A stretch of 64,000 nt of DNA from Bdellovibrionota bacterium (GTDB lineage: Bacteria > Bdellovibrionota > UBA1018 > CAIPTA01 > JAALKR01), in NCBI GenBank assembly GCA_965207455.1, contig CBDBMJ010000001.1, positions 1,664,001 through 1,728,000 on the forward strand, given 5' to 3'. Made by a program: the position numbers and the translations under genes. The notes below the pieces were generated by a model. It ran no database searches. It saw only the letters and a program-made list of their open reading frames with translations, and was not told the origin of the DNA. Positions 37,735-46,592 of the stretch are shown in pieces; position 1 is the stretch's first letter, and every line of letters begins with the position of its first letter.

Positions 37735-38350
37735 GTGCATTCCTCTTTGTTCGTACAAGCTTTGTTTCTTTACACAAATGGAGGTTGTTATGAATAATCA
37801 TGGAAAGCACTTCCATAAGGAGTGGTATCTCCAACTGTCGCCCTCGATTGTAGAAATCCTCAAAGGTATCGTCTTCCTTACGAGGAAATGTGGTTTGTGC
37901 AATAATGGGACCGCCGTCTAAGGACTCCTCCACAAAATGTATGGTGAGACCAGAAACTTTCACTCCTCCTGCGAAAGCTTGTTGGTAGGCATCCTTGCCT
38001 GAGAAGGCAGGGAGTAGGGATGGGTGGATATTGATTACCCGGTACAGACCTAGGCTATCATCCACAAAAAGTTCGAGAAAATTCTTTTCCATAATACGCA
38101 TATAACCCAAAAGAAAGGCCCAATCGGGTTGTAGTTTAGTTACAAGATCCAGCCTTGATTGTAAGTCTTTGTGAGAAATAACAAAGGTGGGAATATTATT
38201 TTTCTTGGCTCTTGTGAGAACAGGGGCATGGGAATTATTGCTCACCAAACCCACAATGCTAATTTCCTTGGGATGATTCCGGCAATAGTCCATAACAGCT
38301 TGAGCGTTGGTGCCTTCTCCAGAAGCAAAAATAATAATTTTCTTATTCAT
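37727..38350 (-). CDS. purN: GAR transformylase
   Basis: ASGEGTN, NIHPSLLP, HFV...LDGGPII. Confidence 0.96.
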   Translation of the reverse strand: MNKKIIIFASGEGTNAQAVMDYCRNHPKEISIVGLVSNNSHAPVLTRAKKNNIPTFVISHKDLQSRLDLVTKLQPDWAFLLGYMRIMEKNFLELFVDDSLGLYRVINIHPSLLPAFSGKDAYQQAFAGGVKVSGLTIHFVEESLDGGPIIAQTTFPRKEDDTFEDFYNRGRQLEIPLLMEVLSMIIHNNLHLCKETKLVRTKRNAHG

Positions 38351-39639
38351 CGTCCGATATCCGTTCGTATTTGAGCACCGTCAAACTGAATACTCCTGAG
38401 TAAAGAGTATGTACTTTGGCAAGCACTTGCCTGGTCTTGGGCCAAGGCTGTTACACCCAAAACCCGACCACCCGATGTGCATAAAGTTTCGTTATTATGT
38501 TTTACACCCGCAAAGAAAATCTTTTGTGCCTGTGAGGGCTCAGGCGATGTGGGCAGTAATTCGTCGGGAATGGAAATGGGATCTCCCTTTCGTATATTGC
38601 CGGCTACGGGATAACCAGAGGCTGCCATAACCACATGGACGGAGGAAAGTCGCTTGAAACGTATGGCATTAGGATGTAAGGTATGTAATTTTCTTAACGA
38701 TGCGGCCTCCAGCACAGGCAACAGATCGGAGTCCAGAAGGGGCAAAATAGCTTGAGTTTCTGGATCGCCAAAGCGGACATTAAATTCCAATACTTTTGGT
38801 CCTGCCTGGGTTTGCATAAGCCCAATAAAAAGTGTGCCCACGAAGGGGGTGTTTTGAGTGTTCAATTCTTTTAATAGGGGCTGGACAATTTTCTCGTCGA
38901 TTAATTGGGTGAAATTTTCAGGCAGCCAAGCTACTGGGCTATAGGCACCCATACCCCCAGTATTGGGCCCCTTTCCACCATCGTGTAAAGTTTTATAGTC
39001 ACAGGCAAATCCTAGGGGAATGGCCGTGTTTCCGTCGCAAATAAAAAAAGCACTCACCTCTTTGCCCGATAATTTTTCCTCAATAATCATTTTCTTTCCC
39101 GCAGACCCCATGGTTTCGTGGATCATAAAAGATTCCACACACTTTATGGCAGAATCTAAGCACTGAGTAACCACCACACCTTTTCCAAGGGCAAGACCGT
39201 CGGCTTTTAAAGCCCAGCCGGATTTCCATGGAGAATTTTTTAGAAACTGGATGGCTTCCTTAGCTTTGTCGAAAACCGCAAAGCGAGCTGTTGGGATGTG
39301 CACAGTTTCCATAACCTGCTTTGCAAAAGATTTTGAGGTTTCTAGGCGAGCTGCTGCCTGAGAGGGACCGTATACTAAAACGCCATGAAGTTTGTCGGTG
39401 AGGCCATCGGCAAGGGCTTGGTCAGGACCGATCACTACTAAATCTATGGATTCTTTTTTTACAAAAGAAAGTATTCCGTCATGGTCATCAACCGCAATGG
39501 GCTTTCGTTGCAGATGGGGTTCTAGGGCTGCTCCGTCGTTGCCCGGAGTAAGAAACAATTTCTCGCACTTGGGTGATTGGCTTAACTTCCAGGCTAAGGC
39601 ATGCTCCCTACCCCCAGAACCAACAACCATTACCTTCAT
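38347..39639 (-). CDS. purD: GAR synthetase
   Basis: GSGGREHA, KADGLALGKGV, GPNTGGMG, EFNVRFGDPE, GGRVL. Confidence 0.97.
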   Translation of the reverse strand: MKVMVVGSGGREHALAWKLSQSPKCEKLFLTPGNDGAALEPHLQRKPIAVDDHDGILSFVKKESIDLVVIGPDQALADGLTDKLHGVLVYGPSQAAARLETSKSFAKQVMETVHIPTARFAVFDKAKEAIQFLKNSPWKSGWALKADGLALGKGVVVTQCLDSAIKCVESFMIHETMGSAGKKMIIEEKLSGKEVSAFFICDGNTAIPLGFACDYKTLHDGGKGPNTGGMGAYSPVAWLPENFTQLIDEKIVQPLLKELNTQNTPFVGTLFIGLMQTQAGPKVLEFNVRFGDPETQAILPLLDSDLLPVLEAASLRKLHTLHPNAIRFKRLSSVHVVMAASGYPVAGNIRKGDPISIPDELLPTSPEPSQAQKIFFAGVKHNNETLCTSGGRVLGVTALAQDQASACQSTYSLLRSIQFDGAQIRTDIGR

Positions 39640-40838
39640 GATCTTGTAATTTCCCTTAGGCTAGAGACAAGCTCTTGAATGGGAGGCATCTGAGGAAAAG
39701 GAAGGGGATAGTCAAAGGCTTTCGCTAAAGCGTTGGTGAGTGAAGGATACAGTAAACCTACTTTTTCTTTTATATTTTCCGACAACGGCTCGGGAGTTTC
39801 TCCCAGTTTTTCTATGCAAATCTGTTTCCAGTTGGTGGTTTGTTCCTGTACGGCAATCTCCTTGGCTTTCTCTATGGCAATCTCCCAGGCGCTACCTTTG
39901 TAGAGTTGTCGAATGATTTCCTTGGATAGGTGCACTCCATCTTTTAGAATACGCAGTTCATCGGGACCGATGGAGTCCACTAGTTGGAATCGTCGTTGGG
40001 AACTACCTTTCGCCTCGGGGGTAAAAGCAAATTCAAATTTTCCATCCCAAAGTTCCAAATTTAACGAATCAAATACGGTTTTCAAGCGCAAAGCCAGCAA
40101 CAGAACCGTATCCTCTAAAACAGAGAATTCTTCCCTAGATAGACCAGCAATGGCCTGAGCATCTGTTGAAGAGAGCATCCGATCTGTGGTTTCCAGTTTT
40201 GTGGAAAACTCCACGATGGGAAAAGGAAACCAGTCTCCCGCCTTAGGGATCGAGGAAAAACCCAGATCATGGGCATAGCTTGGATTTTTTTTCACTCGAC
40301 GAAGGAAGGAGCTTCCCTGTGGAGCACCAAAACGAAAAATGGCCTCTAGGGGCAAGAGTGCATTTTGGGGACGATTTTTATAGACGTCGTAGTTCATCTG
40401 TAATTTTCCTCCCACATGGGTTTCCTGGGGACGAAGAATACTCACCGGGTTTACTGCAAGGTATGGAGTGGGAGTGCCCGTAGCCTGCTTTTCCTGTTTT
40501 TCGTTGATGAGACCAAAAGAATGGTGGGGCAGGCCTTCCTCTCGGAATTGTGCCAAGGCTTTAGAGTGTTCTATTTTTTTTCGAAAGTCCGTGCTCAAAT
40601 ACTCTGGAAGTTCCCATTTCTTCCATGCATTGGGGTTGGAAATAAAGGAAAAGATGAAGTCTGCTGTGAGGGCTAAGGACTTCCCCTTGTTCTCCAACTC
40701 GTCGGGCATAGTGCCCCAGTCAAATATGGAATAGCGGTCACTAAAGTGGAAAATATATGGGCTTTTTCCCACCTCTCCGTACACATCTTTTACCGATCCT
40801 TTGTGGATAAGGTTGCCAAGAGCTTGAGTATTATTCAT
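39636..40838 (-). CDS. purC: SAICAR synthetase, long form
   Basis: GSVKDVY, FSDRYSIFD, STKLE, DGKFEF, DSIGPDELR, SKE..R. Confidence 0.9.
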   Translation of the reverse strand: MNNTQALGNLIHKGSVKDVYGEVGKSPYIFHFSDRYSIFDWGTMPDELENKGKSLALTADFIFSFISNPNAWKKWELPEYLSTDFRKKIEHSKALAQFREEGLPHHSFGLINEKQEKQATGTPTPYLAVNPVSILRPQETHVGGKLQMNYDVYKNRPQNALLPLEAIFRFGAPQGSSFLRRVKKNPSYAHDLGFSSIPKAGDWFPFPIVEFSTKLETTDRMLSSTDAQAIAGLSREEFSVLEDTVLLLALRLKTVFDSLNLELWDGKFEFAFTPEAKGSSQRRFQLVDSIGPDELRILKDGVHLSKEIIRQLYKGSAWEIAIEKAKEIAVQEQTTNWKQICIEKLGETPEPLSENIKEKVGLLYPSLTNALAKAFDYPLPFPQMPPIQELVSSLREITRS

Positions 40839-42339
40839 TGGCTAGAGCCTCCTCTTTTATTTTTTCCTCTCTTTGCTGTAAGCGCTTTTTACGGAAACGC
40901 TTACCTGCGGAAATGTCGGTTGGATATTTTCCGTCGAGACAGGCCATGCATAGCTTTTTAATACCGATGGCACTACGGAGCCTCTCCTGATCTAAATAAA
41001 TCACCTTGTCTGCAAGGAGTTTTTTGGCAATTTCTTCCTCGGTACGGTCGGTGGCAAGAAGTTCTTTGGTACTGGGGAAATCAATTCCGTAGTAACAGGG
41101 ATTGCGAATGGGAGAGCAAGTACTAGCAAAATATACTTCCTTTGCTTCCGCTTTACGGACCATTTCCACAATTCGGGAGGAAGTGGTTCCACGTACAATA
41201 CTGTCGTCGACTAGTAAAACATTTTTACCTTTGATTTCTGTGCGCACGGGATTGAGTTTGAGGTTAACCGCTTTGTTGCGTTTTTCCTGTGTATTTAAAA
41301 TAAAACTTCTATTGATATAACGATTTTTAATCAGTACCTCTCGGTAGGGTAGACCCAGAGCTTCGGCCAAGGCAATGGCAGCAATGCGTGCTGTTTCGGG
41401 GACAGGGACCACTATATCTGGACGTATTTCCCCTCGATCTATGGCAGCTTTCACCAGCTTTGCCAAACCCTTACCCATGTCCAGCCGAGCCTCATAGACA
41501 GCTTTTTTTTCTAAAACGCCTTCCACACCAGAAAAATAGACCCACTCAAACATGCAAGGGGAATGCTCACTATTTTTTTCAATTATTTTGGAGTGAATTT
41601 CTCCATTCAAGGTAATATAGATCAACTCTCCTGCCTTAATATCCCGAACCACTGTGTAGTCCAGTATGGAGAAACCTGTTGTTTCCGAGGCCACGCAATA
41701 GGCTTTTTTTCCGTCGGGAAGGGTTTTTTCTCCCAACACTAGGGGACGAATGCCTTTAGGGTCGCGAAAAGCCACCATCCCTTGTCCAGCAATCATGGAA
41801 ACTACGGAATAGCCACCCACGGCCTGCTTAAAAACAGCCTCCACGGCTAAAGAAATTTGGTCGATGGATAGGGTGTCCTTAGGGGTACTCACTTCTGCGA
41901 GCTTATTAGCAAAAAGATTTTGAATGACCTCCAGGTCACTATGAGTTAGAAAATGCCGTCGACTTTCCTTTAAAAGATGCTCGGAAATTTCCTCATGATT
42001 GATAATATTTCCGTTATGGGCCATGCCGATACCAAAAGGATAATTCAACACAAAGGGCTGTATATAGCTTTCGTCTTCACTGGAACCGACCGTGGCGTAG
42101 CGAGTGTGTCCTATGGCGATATTGCCTTTGAGTCGCTCCAGTCGCTTTTTTGAAAAAACTTTTTCCACCAGACCCAGCTCTTTCCAGAGGTGAAATCCGT
42201 GGGCGCGAGAATCTTCCGACCCATCGTTATAGGATAGGATCCCCGCCGCATCTTGCCCTCGGTGTTGCAACGTAAAGAGACCAAGAAAAACCTCTTTTGC
42301 TGCTTGCTTCGGACCTAAAATCCCAATAATACCACACAT
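40831..42339 (-). CDS. purF: Amidophosphoribosyltransferase
   Basis: N-terminal MCG, QHRGQD, HNGN, VDDSIVRGTT, CYYGID, CxxC. Confidence 0.97.
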   Translation of the reverse strand: MCGIIGILGPKQAAKEVFLGLFTLQHRGQDAAGILSYNDGSEDSRAHGFHLWKELGLVEKVFSKKRLERLKGNIAIGHTRYATVGSSEDESYIQPFVLNYPFGIGMAHNGNIINHEEISEHLLKESRRHFLTHSDLEVIQNLFANKLAEVSTPKDTLSIDQISLAVEAVFKQAVGGYSVVSMIAGQGMVAFRDPKGIRPLVLGEKTLPDGKKAYCVASETTGFSILDYTVVRDIKAGELIYITLNGEIHSKIIEKNSEHSPCMFEWVYFSGVEGVLEKKAVYEARLDMGKGLAKLVKAAIDRGEIRPDIVVPVPETARIAAIALAEALGLPYREVLIKNRYINRSFILNTQEKRNKAVNLKLNPVRTEIKGKNVLLVDDSIVRGTTSSRIVEMVRKAEAKEVYFASTCSPIRNPCYYGIDFPSTKELLATDRTEEEIAKKLLADKVIYLDQERLRSAIGIKKLCMACLDGKYPTDISAGKRFRKKRLQQREEKIKEEALANE

Positions 42340-42356
42340 ATGCTTTGCCCAAGCCC

Positions 42357-42385
42357 ATACTATACTGAAGGCGTAGCTTCGTCAA
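42357..42385 (-). promoter_or_regulatory. Putative sigma-70 promoter of the pur operon
   Basis: TTGACG-17 bp-TAGTAT on the minus strand, ending 17 nt upstream of the purF ATG. Confidence 0.55.
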
Positions 42386-42738
42386 CTGATTAGAAAAAAT
42401 AGACCGCCTTAAATGACGATTATTTGCTTTTTAAGGTTTTTGACGTAATGGACCCAAGCTTGGAGGGACTTGCCGAAGTTTAGCGTTAAATTTGAGAACA
42501 ACTGCGACAGGATTAGAAACAATGCGCACGTCAAAATATTCTTTACTGATCACGCCAAGGACATAGCACAAAAAATCCAAGCAATGTTTTGCATTAAAAA
42601 AACGAAAAGCAGAAAACAGAAAACAAAGGCGCATTATCAATAAAAATGTTGACATAGCTACTTTGCAGTATTCTAATCATTAATAGTATTTATTTTTTAA
42701 AAAATAAACAAACGAAACTAAATAAAGGAGAATAAAAA

Positions 42739-43323
42739 ATGAAAAAGATAAAACACTATGCACTGATACTTTTATGTACGTTTTCTGTGTCAACAATGGC
42801 CAATGAAGGTCCGCTAGCTGATGAGGGGCATGATAACTCTTACTTCCAGCAACTGAAGGAATCTTTCCATAATGCAGAAACCGCGCAGAAGAATGATGTT
42901 ACTGGTTGGATAAGTGGACGATGCTTTCATCAAGATACACCAAACCTTGCTAAAAACGCATTACTTGCTGGGTTTTTTGATGAAACCGGTGAGGTTGGTC
43001 CTGGATTAGATTCAAAGCATAGGTTTGCGATCATCGTAAATAAAAATAGAGGTCCAAATTATTTCGACAATATTATGGAAGAAAAGAGAAAGGTGATCAG
43101 AGAAGCAGAAAATTTTATAACAAGCGGTGCGACGCTGTCGATACAGAAAAATAGAAGCCTTATCACTCATCTTAACTCCAGCACTAAATATAGCGTAAGA
43201 AAAGGAACAATATCAGAATCAGATGCAGATGAATATCTTCTAGTAAAAGTTGTCAATCCAACTGATGATACAAACTTCCTCCACTACTGCTATTACTTCA
43301 AAAAAGTTAGGGAGGAGTATTAA
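42739..43323 (+). CDS. Secreted hypothetical protein (tandem paralogue 1)
   Basis: SD AAGGAG and signal peptide; GWISGRCF and YCYYFKK shared with the next gene. Confidence 0.85.
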   Translation: MKKIKHYALILLCTFSVSTMANEGPLADEGHDNSYFQQLKESFHNAETAQKNDVTGWISGRCFHQDTPNLAKNALLAGFFDETGEVGPGLDSKHRFAIIVNKNRGPNYFDNIMEEKRKVIREAENFITSGATLSIQKNRSLITHLNSSTKYSVRKGTISESDADEYLLVKVVNPTDDTNFLHYCYYFKKVREEY

Positions 43324-43885
43324 AGCATACGTACTTATTGTTTTATGTACGCTTTCTGTATCAGCGCTAGCTGATGAGACAGGGACAAAGGATAGTTCTC
43401 ATTACGACCGCCTGAAAAAAGCTTTTGATAATGCGCAAACAGCACAGGAGAGTGATGTTCTTGGTTGGATAAGTGGACGATGCTTTTATAAGAGCACATC
43501 AGACTTTCCTGAAAATTCATTACTCGCTGGATTTAACGATTTGCTTGATCCTGAATTGAATTCCAAGCACAAATATGCGCTTATTCAGCGTCAAGGAAGG
43601 ACTTCAGGCTATTTCGACAATTTTATCGAAGAAAACACTCCAGCTATAATACAAAAGGTAGAGAGTATTATAACAAGGTCTGCGAAACCATCAGTGCAGG
43701 AAGGTGGAAGCCTTATAGCTCATGTTAGTCCTAATACTAAGTATAGCCTAAGAAAGGGCACGATAGGGTTAGGATCAGATGCGGAATATCTCTTACTAAG
43801 ACTCGGTGTTCCAGACGATATAGCAGATGCCCATCGCTACTGCTATTACTTTAAGAAAATTAGAGAAGAACACCCGTCTCAATAG
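43319..43885 (+). CDS. Secreted hypothetical protein (tandem paralogue 2), start uncertain (ATT?)
   Basis: Full-length similarity to paralogue 1 begins at IKAYVLIVLCT. Confidence 0.75.
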   Translation: MKAYVLIVLCTLSVSALADETGTKDSSHYDRLKKAFDNAQTAQESDVLGWISGRCFYKSTSDFPENSLLAGFNDLLDPELNSKHKYALIQRQGRTSGYFDNFIEENTPAIIQKVESIITRSAKPSVQEGGSLIAHVSPNTKYSLRKGTIGLGSDAEYLLLRLGVPDDIADAHRYCYYFKKIREEHPSQ

Positions 43886-43956
43886 TCAAAATAAAATCCG
43901 CTATTTCGTAGATATTGCCATCTTGGAGGGGTATAGTGTAAACGGAGGTATTGATT

Positions 43957-44403
43957 ATGAAAGTTATTCTATTTTTTTTAATGATATGTCCCGTGGTGAG
44001 TTTTGCAAGCTTTACGGGAGAGTGGCAAGGGTCTGGGCATGTGGAATTTCTTCATGGCAATAGCTATGATTGCAATAAACTCAATCTACACATAGAGAAA
44101 AGGAAGCGCTCTTTTAAGATTAAGACATATCGTTATCTCTGCGACAATACAAACCTTTGGGGCAATAATTTTCAGTTCAGAATCAGCCGTGATGGGATTT
44201 TATATTACAAAGGGCACCCGGTTGGGGTAATTTCTGAGGAGCAAGTTAATTTCAGCCTTATGTTATTGCCGGGCACTACTGTGATGATGAAGATAAACAT
44301 GGAAGAAGATGGCTCTTTATCCGTCCTGCATATTGAATCCAATGGACACCAGAGGTTGGAACTTCGAGGAGTGTTAGAGGATCATTCGACAAATCATCTC
44401 TAG
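43957..44403 (+). CDS. Secreted hypothetical protein
   Basis: SD GGAGG, signal peptide ending SFA, FTGEWQGSG. Confidence 0.75.
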   Translation: MKVILFFLMICPVVSFASFTGEWQGSGHVEFLHGNSYDCNKLNLHIEKRKRSFKIKTYRYLCDNTNLWGNNFQFRISRDGILYYKGHPVGVISEEQVNFSLMLLPGTTVMMKINMEEDGSLSVLHIESNGHQRLELRGVLEDHSTNHL

Positions 44404-44413
44404 GGGAAGAAAA

Positions 44414-45715
44414 ATCAGTATTCGTGCCAATCCAAATCCAGCTTCATTCTATACACACTTAAAAAAACGCGGCTTAATTCATAACGAAACCGCAGGTGTT
44501 TATGCTTATCTACAGGAATGTTACGACAAAAAAGAAGTGCCTTCTGCGTATATAGGATTAGACCCGTCGGCCAGCAGCTTACAGGTGGGGAACCTTATGG
44601 CACTTTTATTATTGAGGAGAGCACAACTGTGTGGTGTTCGACCGGTAATTCTTTTTGGTGGAGCCACGGGCCTCATTGGCGACCCTGCTGGGAAAAAGCA
44701 GGAGCGGGTTTTATTGGATAAGAATATAGTGCTGAAGAATTTGGAAAGCATGAAAAAACAAGTAGCCTTGTTAATAGATTGTGACAAGGGATCGTATAAA
44801 GCTAAGTTTGTAAACAACTACGACTGGTTCCATAATCTTGGTTATATTGATTTTTTACGTACCATTGGCAAGCATATCACTATCAATTATATGTTGGCTA
44901 AAGATAGTGTGAAACTTCGTATGGACACTGGAATTTCTTATGCAGAGTTCGGATATATGTTGATCCAGGGCTACGACTTTTTATACCTATATAAAGAAGA
45001 AAATTGTTTTTTGCAATTAGGAGGCAGCGATCAATGGGGGAATATGACCATAGGGATAGAGCTTATTCGTCGTCGATATCGTGCAGAAGCTCATGCTATT
45101 TCAGCTCCCTTGCTAACCGATGGAGCTGGTAATAAGTTAGGTAAAACAGAGGATGGCGCTATTTTCTTGGACCCGTCTCTCACCTCTCCGTATCAGTTCT
45201 ATCAATACTGGATACAGCAAGCAGATGCAGATGTATTGAAACTATTGCGATCCCTTACATTATTAGATGATACTTCTCTTGCAGAACTAGAAGCTTCTAA
45301 AAATCCGGAGGAGCGCTTGGCACAGAAAACATTAGCCCAAGAGTTAACCTCTATGGTGCATGGGAAAGATGCAGCTTTGAGTGCAAAATCTGCTGCAAAA
45401 GTTTTATTTTCTAAAAATCCAGACGCATTGAACTCTTTAGATGTGCGAGGATTGGAATTTTTAAGCAGAGAGGTTCCTTCTTCGGAATTTCACGCAAGAG
45501 AGAACGTGAGCCTATTGGATCTATTGGTGCGAACAGGATTAGCAAAAAGCAAGGGAGAGGCCAGGAGATCTATTCTTGGAAATGGAGTTTCCATTAATCG
45601 AATAAAAATTCAAGATGAAAAATATAGCATTACAAAAGAAGAGTTTAAAAAATATCCGTTTTTACTTCTAGGTGTGGGAAAAACAAAATTACATCTCGTG
45701 CTTATGAAGAAGTGA
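44414..45715 (+). CDS. tyrS: Tyrosine--tRNA ligase, probable non-canonical start
   Basis: LKKRGLI (in frame, upstream of the ORF-track start), YIGLDPSA, QVGN, Y.LIQGYD, GGSDQWGN, KLGKT, C-terminal S4 domain. Confidence 0.93.
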   Translation: MSIRANPNPASFYTHLKKRGLIHNETAGVYAYLQECYDKKEVPSAYIGLDPSASSLQVGNLMALLLLRRAQLCGVRPVILFGGATGLIGDPAGKKQERVLLDKNIVLKNLESMKKQVALLIDCDKGSYKAKFVNNYDWFHNLGYIDFLRTIGKHITINYMLAKDSVKLRMDTGISYAEFGYMLIQGYDFLYLYKEENCFLQLGGSDQWGNMTIGIELIRRRYRAEAHAISAPLLTDGAGNKLGKTEDGAIFLDPSLTSPYQFYQYWIQQADADVLKLLRSLTLLDDTSLAELEASKNPEERLAQKTLAQELTSMVHGKDAALSAKSAAKVLFSKNPDALNSLDVRGLEFLSREVPSSEFHARENVSLLDLLVRTGLAKSKGEARRSILGNGVSINRIKIQDEKYSITKEEFKKYPFLLLGVGKTKLHLVLMKK

Positions 45716-46265
45716 AATTCCAAATTTTTTCTTCGGTGATGCTGTGGGTGAGAGTTTTGTCGTGAGTTTCTTTGGGCAATATTTCTCTTGAAAACTGCCA
45801 AGAAAAAGCAAGCCCGGCAATAATGCCTGAGTATTCATTTAAATAGCGATCATAGTAGCCTTTGCCCTGTCCCAGGCGTGTGCCTCGACTGTCGAAAGCC
45901 AAGAGAGGTAGCAAGAAACCCTCCATTTCTGATTTTGCCATTAACGGACAAGATGCCTTGGGTTGCAGAAACCCCAAGGGGTGGGATTCCATCTCCTGTG
46001 TTATTCTATGAAAATCCATATTGTGAGATGAGGCGTTTATTCGAGGAAAACAAAATTCTATGCCATTTTTTTTGAGTTCGTTCATTACAGATAGCAAGCT
46101 TACTTCTTGAGACTGTGGCCAGTAGCCTCCCCAAAATCCTTTAGTCGCAGTGGAAAAAAATTGTTTTATTTGTAGGTCCAGTTTTTTCTGTCGCTGGGTT
46201 TGTTCTTTTCTCTCTATAGAATTACGAAGTAAACGAAATTTTTCTCTTAGGGAGGACTTGGACAC
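45702..46265 (-). CDS. ygfA: 5-formyltetrahydrofolate cyclo-ligase
   Basis: K..LR, PLLAFD..G.RLGQGKGYYDR, LP.E.HD; GTG at 46265. Confidence 0.93.
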   Translation of the reverse strand: MSKSSLREKFRLLRNSIERKEQTQRQKKLDLQIKQFFSTATKGFWGGYWPQSQEVSLLSVMNELKKNGIEFCFPRINASSHNMDFHRITQEMESHPLGFLQPKASCPLMAKSEMEGFLLPLLAFDSRGTRLGQGKGYYDRYLNEYSGIIAGLAFSWQFSREILPKETHDKTLTHSITEEKIWNFTSS

Positions 46266-46266
46266 T

Positions 46267-46560
46267 TTACTCGGTTGAGGGAGCACTGAGCTCCAGATCA
46301 TGGAGTAAGGCCTTAGATTTATGTTGTATTGTTTCTTTGAATAGTTGGTTTTCTTTTTGCTTTGTAAGGATTTCATTGGCAAGGTTCATTGCCACCAGCA
46401 ACAGGGTTTGGTGGGAAAGTGGGGCGTTGCGGTTGGTGATTGTTTCTAGCCTCTCCTCCACTAATTTGGCCGCAGCCTCCACCTCTTCTTGTGATGCGGG
46501 CGTGCGGATAGGGATGGTGTGACCAGCTACGACTATTTCCATGCTATTTTTTGTTCTCAT
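46267..46560 (-). CDS. zapA: Cell division protein ZapA
   Basis: I.VAG...IR...AA.LV..R...LLLVAMNLA.E followed by a coiled coil; adjacent to ygfA. Confidence 0.85.
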   Translation of the reverse strand: MRTKNSMEIVVAGHTIPIRTPASQEEVEAAAKLVEERLETITNRNAPLSHQTLLLVAMNLANEILTKQKENQLFKETIQHKSKALLHDLELSAPSTE

Positions 46561-46592
46561 AGTTTTAGGATAGGAGGCAGATAGGAGTATTG

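Noticed and set aside
42400..42660. Possible purine/ZMP riboswitch or small ORF upstream of purF
   Set aside because: The predicted promoter is very close to purF, leaving no leader; no aptamer motifs recognised
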